A DNA stretch of 49,899 nucleotides, counting the filler, from Circinaria calcarea (Eukaryota): the NCBI GenBank assembly GCA_051942165.1. It is 2 parts of 2 records of this genome, joined end to end, with 100 filler letters (N's around TTAATTAATTAA, not from the genome) between each part and the next. Parts side by side here need not be neighbours in the genome. Positions count along the whole stretch, not along the records: positions 25,022 to 49,899 come from JAVECS010000101.1; 1 more part is not named here. The stretch is one strand, 5' to 3'. Made by a program: the position numbers and the translations under genes. The notes under the pieces are model-generated. The model saw only the letters and a list, made by a program, of their open reading frames with translations, searched no databases and was not told where the DNA came from. Of this stretch, positions 36,468 to 48,612 are shown piece by piece. The stretch's first letter is position 1. Each line of letters begins with the position of its first letter.

Positions 36468-38618
36468 TCATGATCTTCTCCTCCTCTTCGCACCATTTCC
36501 ACCGCTGTCCTCCTCACAGGGCTTCGCCGTCGGGGACTCGAGTACAATCTCAGAAGGGTCAGGACGGTGCAGAGTATGCAGCGGCCTCGCCTTCTGCGTC
36601 CCACTCCTCGTCAAAAGTGCCCTGCGCTTGCGCCTGCTAGCATAGGGCGAAGAGTCCCCGTCTCTGACGTAATACCCGAGATCATTCGTCGGGTCAAATT
36701 CCGCTTGACTAAAACCGTTCGCCAACCATGCAAACCGGTTTCCCCGGTAACGGATATCCCAATCATCAGCTCTGAGCTCCTTGAGCGCTTCCATATAGTG
36801 GAGTATGCTACCCGGCCATAATATAGGTGTGGCGTTGACGTCTTTGCTCTTGTGGGTCGATGTACAGGGCTGGCTCCATACGGTTTTGCGCATGAATGAC
36901 TTGGTATGGACGATGAAGTCGGTCACGGCGGCATGCTTGGGGGAGAATGAATGAATGTTCTCGGTTTGAAAGCGGTCGATGAGGTGAAGGATGTGATCGG
37001 CTTGGGTTTCTAAAAGAGAGAGGATCATATTATCAGCACGCTTTGTTCCGCAGATCGAAGAGCTGTATTATACTCACCGATTATGGGCATTACGGAGCCA
37101 TTCCCAACTGGAGAGTAAGGGCCGAGAAACATGCAGAGGTTTGGGAAGCCTGCTGCTGCGATTCCCAGGTAGGACGTAAGCTCATTTGCCCAGGCGTCTT
37201 GCAGATTGGAGCCTTCAGGTCCAATGATGGGAAAACGAGGACGATATGAAGTATCAAAACCAGTAGCGCAAATAAGGACATCTATAGGGTGCTCATTGCT
37301 GTCAGCACATAGGCAACCCTTTTCTGTAAGTTCAACCACCCCGCTGCGTACAACGGTAACGTTATCTTTACGTATAGTCTATTTGCTTGATCAGCAACTG
37401 CAGGAGGACTTGTGCAAGCCTACGTTACCTCTAGGTAGCCTGGGCAAGGGGTGATCCTTTGGCATCCAACACCCCATTTGGGGATAAACTTTTCTTCTAG
37501 GGCTTCGTTCTGCAGTGTCTGCTTCATCTCAGTTACTAGTCGTGATTTCAATCTATTTTGTAACCTTGACTCGTTGAGATATACACCTGAAAGATTAGTA
37601 GGTCATATCATGGCAATGGAAGTTTAAAGAACAAGGCGTTGGCCTACTAAACAAGCTGTTCATAGTGATTTCGCTGGCCTTGCGATGCGCCGTTAGCTTT
37701 CCGGGGTTTTCAGCAAAATCGCTAATCTCTTGCTGAGAGTATGTTCTCTGCCCTGTCCCGATTGTGGGCGCAACCCAGGCAGGTGAGCGGATGAACATCT
37801 TAAGGCTGTTGACAACCGGCTGGATTTTAGGTAGAATTTGAATTGCTGAGGAGCTGTTTCTCGTGAGCATACAATGTCAAGTTCGCAAATGCATATCTTA
37901 CCCGTTCCCAATAAGGCCGACCTTTTTATCATTCAAATCAACGGTATCATCCCACCTGGCGGTGTGCAGCATCTTTCCGCTGAACGTCCTCAATCCCTGA
38001 ATATCTGGCCATTTCCATTTGTTCAAGTATCCAGACGCGTGAATAAAAATATCACAGGAATCTTTAAAAGGTTGGCCAGAATCCAAATCCCGAACCATTA
38101 TATTCCACTGGCTATCTTGCTCAGTCCAACTAGCCCCGTAAACTTCATGGGCTGTTTTGATATACTTGTTCAACTTGTACTTTTTGCTGAAATCATTGAA
38201 GTAGCCGTTAATCTCAGAAGCACTGGCGTATACAGCAGACCAATCGTGCTTTGGTTCGAACGAGTAAACGTAATTATGTGCAGGTATATCGCAGGCGCAT
38301 CTGGGGACTCATATAGTGCGTTAGTTTACCGCAATACAATATAGAGTGAAAGTCTTACCCTGGATACCTATTCTCATACCAGGTACCAGATATCCCTAGA
38401 TTCTTCTCATAGATCTTGCAGGAAGTATTAGCACATAGCAATACGATAGACGGCTAACAACTGCAGACCGTGAGGGAAAAGCTTCGAAAAGAACGTTGGA
38501 GCTTATAGGCAAAGCATAGCCCTGAAGCACCTGCACCTACACAAACAACTCGCAGTGGCCTTTCACGATGGATAGCATCAATGTTTTCATTAAATTCATT
38601 CTCACTAGTGCGTTCCAT
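36468..38618 (-). CDS. Flavin-containing monooxygenase, Baeyer-Villiger type; multi-exon
   Basis: VVCVGAGASG Rossmann motif; GTWYENRYP|GCACDIPAHNY; FSGKMLHTARWD BVMO fingerprint; GLIGNG|SSAIQI; ICATGFD; LWPGSILHY. Confidence 0.93.
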
Positions 38619-39226
38619 CCTTCGATCAGAGGCACTATAACCGTGAGCCGTACAAAACGCCCGCGAGAATGCCCCAGAGAAAAGTAGACAGCACTTCAAC
38701 TGTTTTACCATTATCAAAAAGTTTTAGCATTACAAAAGCACTAGCGTAGCAGCGTACAACGGCAAAATAATAGGATGCGGAATTTTAAGTAGAATGCAGA
38801 TAGACCCACTATCTAGAACAATCTATAGCGTGGGATGAAAAAAAAACCCCCCCAATTAAGACACGCATAGCAATCTCATTACCATAATAGCTCGACAGCG
38901 AACTCGTGTGCCGTTAGCAAGAAACGGGATAAGCCGGCAAATCGGATCTGCATCCCTGTGTAGATCTGAGGCGTAGAATAACTCCGTGGGGGCGGGCTGA
39001 AAACAGGGAACCCTGGCTGCCTAAAAACCGCGAACCGGGATTAACACTAGAATATACGCGTCACACGAATAGCTTTACGTGCAAGAAAATTACTGTATTA
39101 CTGTATTTACTAGCTTTTCCCGGACGGTAATTTATTTCTTGGTTTATTCTTTCTGTCTGCAGACTGTTGGATCTAATTTACCCTAGTGAGAAACCACCGA
39201 TACAGCGCTCCTTGCCTACAGGTCGA

Positions 39227-40306
39227 TCAGAACCGGGATGTTCCTTTCTTGCCCACTGTTACGATCATATCCATCGTGTGGCTCTGAGACTGCTGTGACT
39301 CACTCACCAGACCGTCAAGTAATTCCAGCCATTTCTCGGCGCTCGGTCCTTCATCTTCTTTACAAGTTGGAATAATGACGTTCTTTATCTGCTCCCCGGC
39401 AGCTGTAACCTGGAGATCCGTCCATGGCTTTTTGATCTCATCCTTGATAGGAAGACGTTGGTAGCAAAGTAACTCAAGACCATGCTCGATAAAGAGCTTA
39501 TCAATCTGCGTTACCCATCTAGATTCCATTGTGGTAGGTATTAGATAGCGGCCTATTGCTACAGTTAGGTGGTTCAAAACTTACTTCCACGTCAAACCTC
39601 GAGCAAGGAGCCAAGGTTTCCAATATTTACAGTATTCATCAAAATGAGGGTGCGGTGTGAGGGGATTGACCGGCGTTACTGCTAAGCTGTTCATATCGGA
39701 TTCGTCCCACTGAAGATGTCCTCCAGGCTCTGCGCAAGAATTAGTCAAGATAAGCGTATAATTTCAAAAAGTAAGCCCATACTAAGTAGAGCCAAAAGGT
39801 TTTTGAGCACCGGGGCCGGATTCTCATTGCGAACAACCATAATGATCAAACCCACATGCACTATATCATACTTCCCAACCAGCTCTTCAGGAATGGGAGC
39901 CGTCATATCAAGGACTTGAAGAGACACATTTTCCGGAAGCCATTCTTTGGGGGGATACTGCGCAGATGAGATATCATATCCGTCCAGTTGCGTAGAAAGC
40001 GGGAGAGTCCGGGCAGCTTCTATAAGCCATACCCTATAGCAATCTTAGTAACTAGGGGAGTCTGCAAACGGCTCTTAATCATGATCACCCAGTTCCACAG
40101 GCCACATCCGCAATCGTCAGATTTTCCTTATCTTGCGGGATTGTAGGGTGAAGGAGGTAGCCAAGTTGATATCTCCAAAGCCAATGCTGCGCATAAAGAC
40201 TAAGCTACGGGTCAGAATAGGGAAAATTGGTAGTTTCAAGCTCAGTGTAAACGTACCGAACGGATGCTAGATATTCCCTTCCCAAAACATATGAAGGCTG
40301 CGACAT
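39227..40306 (-). CDS. Class I SAM-dependent methyltransferase (LaeA/llm-like); multi-exon
   Basis: Manual reading: MSQPSYVLGREYLASVR|LYAQHWLW..QLGYLLHPTIP; IADVACGTG|VWL; LDGYDISSAQYP; YDIVHV; L|PGGHLQWDE. Confidence 0.88.
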
Positions 40307-40894
40307 GTTTTTCTCCTCACTGCCAAAGCTTTTCTTTGCGAAAGGAGCTGTAGTTCGCATGAAATTTAGAAATTATCAAACTGTCAGGGTAAAGTCCCCT
40401 CTAGCGCGTTGAAAATTCGACCTCGCTCTGCTGCACCACTACTTATGCGCCGTAAAAAGGTGTGTGCGCGTGATTGGGTGAAAATGCTTTCTACCGACAA
40501 GGTGTGATAATCTGATACTAAGTCGCTTCACCACATTCTTGCAGAGTTGCATTAAGTAAAAAAGCTATAGCGTCAGCGCATGAAAAGGACATCCATGTTA
40601 ACGTTGGCCAGCTAACTGGACCGCATCTCGAGAGTGACCTGAGGAGCCCGCTAACTGGTTTGGAAAATATATTATTACCATGAAGTTTATGGAGTGAAAA
40701 TTAGCGACACAGCTACTATCGTAAAAAGTATCTATTTTAAAATAGTACTGAGCCTCACAGAGTATTGTGACAAAACTATAATTCTATACGCTGTATATAT
40801 CTAGTAAGCTAAATTTGAAATGAAAAGTAAGAAATCTAAAACGTTATTACAAATACCTGAAAATAAAAAGCAAGAAGGTTCCTGTAATAAATAA

Positions 40895-42293
40895 TCAAAT
40901 GCATCTGGCTCTATGATACACTTGCGGTGATAAATACGAGGTCAAGGAAAGAGAATCACCCTGTATTGCGCAAGAAATATAGGTCTGAATTCCACACTCC
41001 CGATCAAGATTCCGATATGTGCAAAACCCATCGATAACTCGCCAATACCCAGCAATATCATCAGCTCTGTGATATTTCATCATAAAGGATGCAAGCCCTT
41101 GAGCAATACTAAGGTCGTTCTGACCATAGTGTCTCGTGTTGATATAGATCTTTGGCTCCGGCATTATAGTTCCAGCTCTGATATCGTAGTTGTACATAAT
41201 ACCAGCTGTCCGATCTGTCTTAAGAGGTAGGCTTTCACTTGAGGAGAAGGATCTATCCAGTTCTAGAACTAGTCGCCAGAGATCGCTCAACTCTCTGCGG
41301 ACTTTTTCAGATCGAGATAATTTGCCACCCATTGTCATATATGTCCAGACGCTGTCGAAAGATGTAAGAGGAGACCTTGCGTAGACCTTAAGGCGAGACT
41401 GGCTTGGAGAAATGCAGTCGATCGCAAGACCCTCGACATCAAGGAGGCGGCCCTCCGGAGAGGCAGCGAGGAAGTTAGAGAGTTCATCGAGTGCTGGAAA
41501 TCTCATTGATCCCTGCTCTAGACCTTTGATACTTGGATAAACAGCATCCCAACAAGATTCTCCAACTTGGACTGCGGGAGCGAAATAAGCCTTGACAGCG
41601 ACTTTATCTCCCTCAAACTCAAATCCTAGAAACATTGATGATTGATGATTGCGAGCGGGTCCTTGAGTACCTTCACCACTAGCACTGATTCCATGGGCGC
41701 TAAAGGTGCTTGCGAAGTAATTGAACAAATGCCAGTCAATATATGGCAATGCCACCTGAAGTTGATGGACAACCTCCATAGTTTTCGCCTGATTAAAAGC
41801 ATCAATGGATTCTGTGTTAGATGGGATAGCTTCGATCGTGCAGCGAATTTTGGGTGGCCTTGTCGAATTATTCCAATTCCAGCTAAACTCGACTGGAGAA
41901 TAGTCATCTGTCATGTAACTCCTCCATTTTCTTGGCTCGCCATCGTTGGTGGGTTGGGCTCCTAGGTTCGTAGCAATGAAATGTCGGTAGAACAAGAGAC
42001 CCTCATACTGGCTATGCAGGTTATAGCCAGCCTCGGAAAGTAGCATTCCAAGGAAGGGACCAGTTGTTTGCCACCAGAAACTCGCATCCTCACTGAGCGG
42101 ATCCAGCCAAGAAAAGAGAACCCTCCAAGCCTCTGTCGACTTCAAAGGGTAACGACTGGCGGTTAAGCCGTCAACATTGCTCTCCCCTTCAGTAGTGTGG
42201 GCCTAAAACCGTGTTAAGAAGGTACTGCGATATCTTTAATGGACTATTGTTTTACCTTGGGCCAAGGCACGGCGGCTCGGTGCTTACTTGCAT
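40895..42293 (-). CDS. DMATS-superfamily (ABBA) aromatic prenyltransferase; 5' exon uncertain
   Basis: FWWQTTG..L..LL..AGY; WRSYMTDDYSPVEFSWNW; KAYF; IDCISPSQSRLKVYAR; TMGG; PKIYINTRHY; IQTYIS; TSYLSP. Confidence 0.93.
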
Positions 42294-43561
42294 ACTTTTC
42301 TTGTGTCTCCGGAGCATAATCTATGTGAGATGAAAGTGTATGATGAGTAGCTTTATTGTTTAAAGGCCGATGGAAAAGGGTTTTTAGACACGAAAGCATT
42401 GCAGGGAAAGGTATAATTAAAGTACGACTTAATCCTAGATGATTATAGATTTAAAACACCATAAAATCTATATCGAAAGATGTGTTCTGCAAAAGGAAAG
42501 ATGGACAACAATTCTAAGTAGCGAGAAAATCCATCAAACCAGGAAAAGTAAAGTATCATGGAAACTATAGTCTGTATGATACATAAATTCCCTCCAACTC
42601 GAAACATATTTGTACCGGCGCGAAGGAAGAATGTCTCTAGTGCCTCCATCAGCAAGCGTGCCCGGCAGCGGCATAATTCAGGGGCACAGTGCGAAGATAA
42701 TGCATTAACTCTTCGAATCGGATACTGTAACAGAGCAGCTGATATCCGCTTCTCTTAGGAGCGGCCGGTGCAATTACTTCTTTCAGGGATGATACCTGAG
42801 ATCCACTCGATGCATGAGGCAAAGTACTTCTGCGGGTCATTACATATACATCTCAGCCTTGCGTAGCGCAGCTGTGCCCTCTGGACCTATTTCAGAAGAT
42901 CAGCAAAGGGCAGGCATTTAGAGTGCAATGACTTCATACATAGATCTTGAGAACCAGTAGAAGTAGAGAATCATAATTTAGTCGTGCCATCTTCTTATCA
43001 GCATTGCAGCCGTCGGGCCGTCGCGAGGAGCTTAGCTAGAAGGGTGGTGTGGACCGCACCCGTTACGCAGTTTGACTGGTGGGGATAAGTATGATAGATC
43101 TGAGCTGAAAAGGCGGAAGGCCCAGAACCTTTACATAGTGCAAACTTTACCTGCATACTGCGCATGCAAAGGAAATCTTGAACAATCAAGGGAGGCATTA
43201 GAACCGAGCTGAATCCTAATGCAGAAACACAGTTGACGAAGTGGCTAGTGCCCAATTTTCTGTTTAAGTGCCAGAACTTTCTGGCTATTATAGATTTCCA
43301 ATTACAAAGTAACAAAACCGTCGGATATAGAGCAGTCGTCCAATCCGTATCTATACGGGTTTGTGTTTATTGCAGGTATTTTGATACCTATGGAGTAGAA
43401 TAGGCTACTTAGCGGTGGATCAAAACGAAAATATAGTTTGAATACCCTTCTTGAATTGCTATGCTGGACTCTTAATATTTACCACAATCAATAGCTTTCA
43501 ATTGTTCTACTTGTAGTTTTCGCAGTGCAATTATAGAGAGAATGTGCTCATACACCAATCC

Positions 43562-44478
43562 TTAGAGCTTACTATTAACCCATTGGGGTGCTCTCCTTTC
43601 TGAAAACGCTCTGATTCCTTCCTTATAATTTTCCAGCTGGTTCCGAGGGCCCCAAGCCATGTACAACTTGTCATTCACTTGTATCGCTTCAGGCCCTAAC
43701 CAGCCTTTCCGTATCCCCTCCCTTGTAGCAATTATGCTATCTGGGCTGTTTGCCGCAATGACCTTTGCATAATCGACAGCGGCTCGTACCACGCTCTCGT
43801 GCTTCTCAACAACCCTATTAACCAGACCCCATGATCTCGCTTCCTCTGCGTTGAGCGCTCTTCCAGTTAAAGCCATCTCTGTGGCTCTCTGAAGTCCCAC
43901 TGATAACACCAATCGCGGTAGCACACCACCACAAGCAAGTGTTCCCACCTTGACGTCTTGGATGGCAAATGTAGCGTCTGAAGACGCTATGACCAGGTCC
44001 GCGTTGACGGCCATCTCACAGCCACCGCCATAGCATAAGCCATTAACAGCAGCTATAATTGGTTTTTTGCCCAAGCGCTTCGACATACCCCCAAACCCCG
44101 CGTCCGGAGGAGCAGATACTGGAGTCGAGGGACTCCTGAGGCGAAGGAACTCTATATCCAAGATATGTAGATTAGCTTGATGTAAGGATGCGTGAGGTCA
44201 TTAGACCGTATTCACTAGGATTTGAAGAAAGAATACTTACCCTTTAGGTTTGCTCCTGTACAAAAAGCTCTACCTGATCCTGTAATTATGGCAACGCGGA
44301 GGGCTGGCTCATTGTCAAGCCAATTCCACAACGCATCGAGTTCATGGCTACCGGTGGTGTCGATACAGTTGAGAGCCTCAGGACGGCGGAGTGTGACGAG
44401 GAGGATATGAATGGTAGGAAATGTTACCTGAGCGCAGGCTACATCAGGAGGCTGAGTAGAGTATGAAGAGAAAGACAT
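43562..44478 (-). CDS. Enoyl-CoA hydratase/isomerase (crotonase family), with peroxisomal PTS1; one intron
   Basis: TGSGRAFCTGANLK; KPIIAAVNGLCYGGGCEMAVNAD; C-terminal SKL. Confidence 0.93.
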
Positions 44479-45022
44479 GAGTATGATGATCCCGGATTAC
44501 GGCTGTCGACTACCAAGATATGAGGCTTGCCTCAGCCGAATGCTCTGGAGGTGATGATATTTACCTTCGCAAAAGAGGATCAACTCGATCTTGTGTCATC
44601 AATAGGGCCTTTCCAATCTCGGCATGAGGTTCGAATTGCGTTGCCGAACCAGCCAAAAACAAGCGAATGTTATTATTGGAGCGCATGGCGGGGGGAACAG
44701 CGCTGGGCGCGCCTTTCGCTCCATATCTCAGCGATCCCCCTCCCACAGATGTTTCACACACACACTCCCGACTCTCTATACTCTCTTTACTCTCTACAAA
44801 CACCCAGTGTTGTCATAGTAGCAACGTAGTATATCAGTAGTCTTTATCAATAATACATTCCGGTTGTACTGTGCAGCCTGCTGAAGACGTAACGCCCTCA
44901 TTGTAGTGCACCTCCTTTCTGTTGGCACGGCTTTAAAGGAGAAGTGGGGGGAAACCTATAGCTAAAAATGGGGTTGAACCAATCAAATACCAGTTTCTAT
45001 ACCTGCGTGCAGAATCATCAAA

Positions 45023-45631
45023 TCATTTATTTGATACCACCCGGGGCCTGTTTTTGAGCACAGATGGCTTGAAATATCGCTGATATCTGGCGAAGTCGAA
45101 ACTGCCGTCAATTAACTCCTTGCTATCTGGCTTTCCAGCCCAAACAAATACTCGACCACGCTCAATGATTTCTCCGTTCTGCAGCTCTATCCGGCAAGGT
45201 ACCCATTGGTATGCACCTGTCTCGTACGCGACTAGATGTAGGAATTGCTGAGCTGTTTCACACAAGTACACTTTACCTTCAATCCTTGACCCCTTGGACG
45301 GTACAAGGGCTGGGTAAATGCCCCACATTCTCATCGCGTAATCCTCAATCCTACCATCACGAAGAGAAGGGGCTTCCGGGAGGTTCAAAACAGTCTGTAG
45401 GACTTCTGGATCCATTAAGGAGCCGTAAAATAAAAGATGCCTTGGAGCGTAAGGTAGAAGAGGGTTGGTGAAGGTACCGTTGGCTTTGGCTTCGGCTGCG
45501 AGGGAGAACTTCTCCTGGGTGATTGACGGTTGAAATAACTTGGCCTTTAGCATATCCAAGTTACGTTCTGCTAGCTGTCGTGTGGTGGCGGCATCACATT
45601 CGCCCTCATCTCGCAAGGTCTGCTTGAGCAT
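45023..45631 (-). CDS. Gamma-glutamylcyclotransferase / AIG2-like protein
   Basis: LLFYGSLM, MWGIYPALV, G.VY, L..YET..Y motifs. Confidence 0.88.
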   Translation of the reverse strand: MLKQTLRDEGECDAATTRQLAERNLDMLKAKLFQPSITQEKFSLAAEAKANGTFTNPLLPYAPRHLLFYGSLMDPEVLQTVLNLPEAPSLRDGRIEDYAMRMWGIYPALVPSKGSRIEGKVYLCETAQQFLHLVAYETGAYQWVPCRIELQNGEIIERGRVFVWAGKPDSKELIDGSFDFARYQRYFKPSVLKNRPRVVSNK

Positions 45632-45899
45632 AGTCTCTACCTTGATTAGAATGGCTCATCTGAAGGCGCCTAAGTATAGTTAACCACCAACTGTTTATGT
45701 GACGTATTCTTGGACAGTTGCCTTACTGTGTGGGAAAGGTTCGAAACACATTATTAGATTTGATGGCTATGTATGGAGTAATGTGCCATGAATCAGCAGC
45801 GGCGATAATGTGTCTGTGCAGCCGAACGGCACTAAGGAATTCCCCGACAGGGGATCACAGCTTTTACTCATTGATCTTGATATCTCACGAACGACGCAA

Positions 45900-46530
45900 C
45901 AAAAACGTCAATATCTCCAGCATGATTTTACCGGACAACTATTCTATTCCGGACTTGGCAAAGGTATAATACGCCAGGATAGTCTCAAGGGGATGTCCAA
46001 AGCCCCTTTCATATCTTGAGCTGATAGTGGACGATCCGTATTGCTGTGAAGGACACAATAGGATTGTTCTGAGATCTTCATCGTTTGATGTAGCAATAAG
46101 TCTCGTTTTTACAATGACCTCCGAGTTCTGGGTGGAAAAACTGTCCTGTTTCAAATCTGAACCCCTTTTATGAGACGGTCTCTCCTCCGATTTGGATACT
46201 CTGCCTTAGACTTCGGCGTCTTTTCGAAGTGTCTAGTCCGTTTGAAAAACTCTTGCTACAGGCTCGAAATCTCAAGTCTCCGCGGAGTACCATGTTCTGC
46301 TTTGAGGTCCTTCACTTGTTTCCTATGTACTGTTCATATGCAATACTAAGGTTGCTCCTGGTCTTCAATGGTTCTTTGTCCTTGGGATATGGCGCTTTGT
46401 ACGGTCAGACAATGTCATTATCCATATTTGAGTATGGATGACTCGGAAAAGCGAATTGAAAGTTTTCTAGCAGACAGCTTTCAATGAGCGTTCTCCATGT
46501 CTACGATAGAAGGCTGGAGGATAATGGCAT
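45900..46530 (-). pseudogene. Decayed unknown gene, module copy C
   Basis: MPLSSSLLS* start; shared blocks atggatgactc (46434), aatgtcatt and GSDLKQD (46148-46161). The 3' boundary is unclear. Confidence 0.5.
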
Positions 46531-46723
46531 GGTATCATCTCAGTTCAGTCCTTTGAAGTGGTGATCTGGTATGGTAATCACTAATCCCCCGATTGTATCT
46601 CTATATATACATACGCTGAAGGTCTTCTGTTCTGTCAATATCAACCTCATCCCATTTATTACTCTCCCTTCTGTACGTCGATTGATACCCTACATATTTA
46701 TCTCATATTATCAGAAGAACAAC

Positions 46724-47559
46724 ATGGTAGCGCCACCAAGAGGATACAGACACCAGGACCGCTGCGGAGGTGGTTGTCTCCCAGACGATCCTAGAATAGG
46801 AGAAATTGTCAAATACTACAATCATCCATATCGCCGATTCGGAGGAAACTTCATAAGGGGAAGCGGCGGTCACTGGGTTATTTTACTACCAGATATTTAC
46901 AAAGATAGGCGTCACGTTACAAATGATGACTTCTTCGCTTGCCTTGTGGTCAGTTTGGTACCTCCTTGACAGTAACCCATCTGCTAACCCAAGAACTTTA
47001 GGTCTCATCTAAATGCAATCGGTATCCTCCAGTATGGCCCATTCACTTGGAACGAGGCGGTCACAAGTATCCGACCCCTCCTGGTTTTAGACTTCCATCT
47101 GGGGCTATTGATCTATATCAAGATCGGAGCAAAGATGGCCCTGTCACGTGGGAGCCTTGGCAATGGAGTATAGCCTCATTTCTGCGCCTTGAGACCCCAC
47201 AAACTATTTCCCGGCAATGCCTGCATAGTCTCGATCGCGGTATTCGTGCACGCTTGGATGATTCTTCGTATCAGAACATGATCAGCAAACTAAAAAAACC
47301 AACAACGAATTTACCGAGCGTACCACTTTCCGGAAAAGCAAGTGAATCCATCAGGGCTCAGAGGCAACAGAACCATCCTTCAAACCAGACGATGAGCCAT
47401 GAGAAATCACGCGGGGCAGGCCCCTCGACACGTAAACTAATAGCAGCAGGAGCAGGTCAAGTTATCAAGTTTTGCGTGTCTATGGCTATCCATCTTCGTC
47501 CTTTCAGCATTCATCCCGATTCTTCGCTACCCTCTAAATCACTGCAAGCAGAACACTAA
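46724..47559 (+). CDS. Unknown-family protein, module copy C; intron 46949-47001
   Basis: Phase-0 intron joins ORFs 46571 and 47047. Motifs GCLPDDPRIGEIVKY, HWVILLPDIYKD, CLV|VSSKC, RARLDDSSYQNMISKL, AGQVI (also in copy A). Confidence 0.75.
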
Positions 47560-47999
47560 CCAAGGCTAGGTTATTCTAAATCTCTGGGACCACTCGAAGG
47601 TCTTCTCCGTCCATGAATCCTCGTCCCCACAGCTGAGACACGGTGCTGGCGGGAATGATGCACAGTGTTTGTATGGTATGGCTTCCTGTCGTATTGGTTG
47701 TTACAATGCTGTCCATATATTACGTGCCTTATCGGATTTTTGGCTTATTCTTTGTTGTTTCTCTGCTTTTCGTTGGCGTTTAGGCGATATCCTATCCTAA
47801 TTTCCCCTTTGCGATGTTTTACACTGTTGACACGACTCCCCTAGAGCTTTCTGTCTGAATAATTTACTCTTATGCTGTCTAGTTAATGTTGGTTATGGAG
47901 TTTGCCAGTGATTACCTTTAACTTAACGCCATTTCTTCAATCGAATTCAGATCATGTCTCGATCCGATGTGATCGACGATAAGTACCCTGGCTAGTCAA

Positions 48000-48612
48000 A
48001 TCATATCCTTTAACGTATTGCTCGGACGGACTGCACTGTGCCGACCTTGTTCCACGAACCGGATAATGGCGTCGATTCTTGAAACAGGGTTGGCACAGTT
48101 CATTCCGTTCGAGCAACAGGTTAACACTCATACTAGCATACCCTAATCACTCTTGTCTAGGAACTCGCGCTCGTCCGGCGCGATGACATTGATATAGTAA
48201 GGATCCAGGAGCCCTGCTTTGAGCCTTTCGAAAGATTCCACTTCAAAGGTCGCGTAACCGTCAAAGTCGATTGTAAGTAGAGGAATGGGAAAGAAGGTGG
48301 ACCATTGGGAGCGCATGTTTGGGGTCTGTGGACCTAGGAGGAAGAAGAGGGGGTCAGATATGATATTGAGTGGAGACTCGCCGGTGCGAGACTTGAGGAG
48401 AAGAAAGCTGATGGGGCTTTTTGGGGGCCGCGGGAGTAGATGGAGACCAAAAAAAAGGATGCCTACGTGTATCCATAAGAACCGTACTTAAGGGTCCATG
48501 GAGCAACCTTTGGGCCATGAACATTCCCCCAATAATGGTAGAATTGCTCCTCGGAGAGGTCGGGACGACATTTGACGAAGGCGAATATCTGGACTAGATC
48601 TTGGGCGGACAT
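48000..48612 (-). pseudogene. EthD-domain protein, probably pseudogenised
   Basis: MSAQDLVQIFAFVKCRPDLSEEQFYHYWGNVHGPKVAPW.LKYG..GYT followed by TAG. The downstream exon gives DFDGYATFEVESFERL...DPYYINVIAPDEREFLD, out of frame with the expected VH..P start. Confidence 0.75.
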
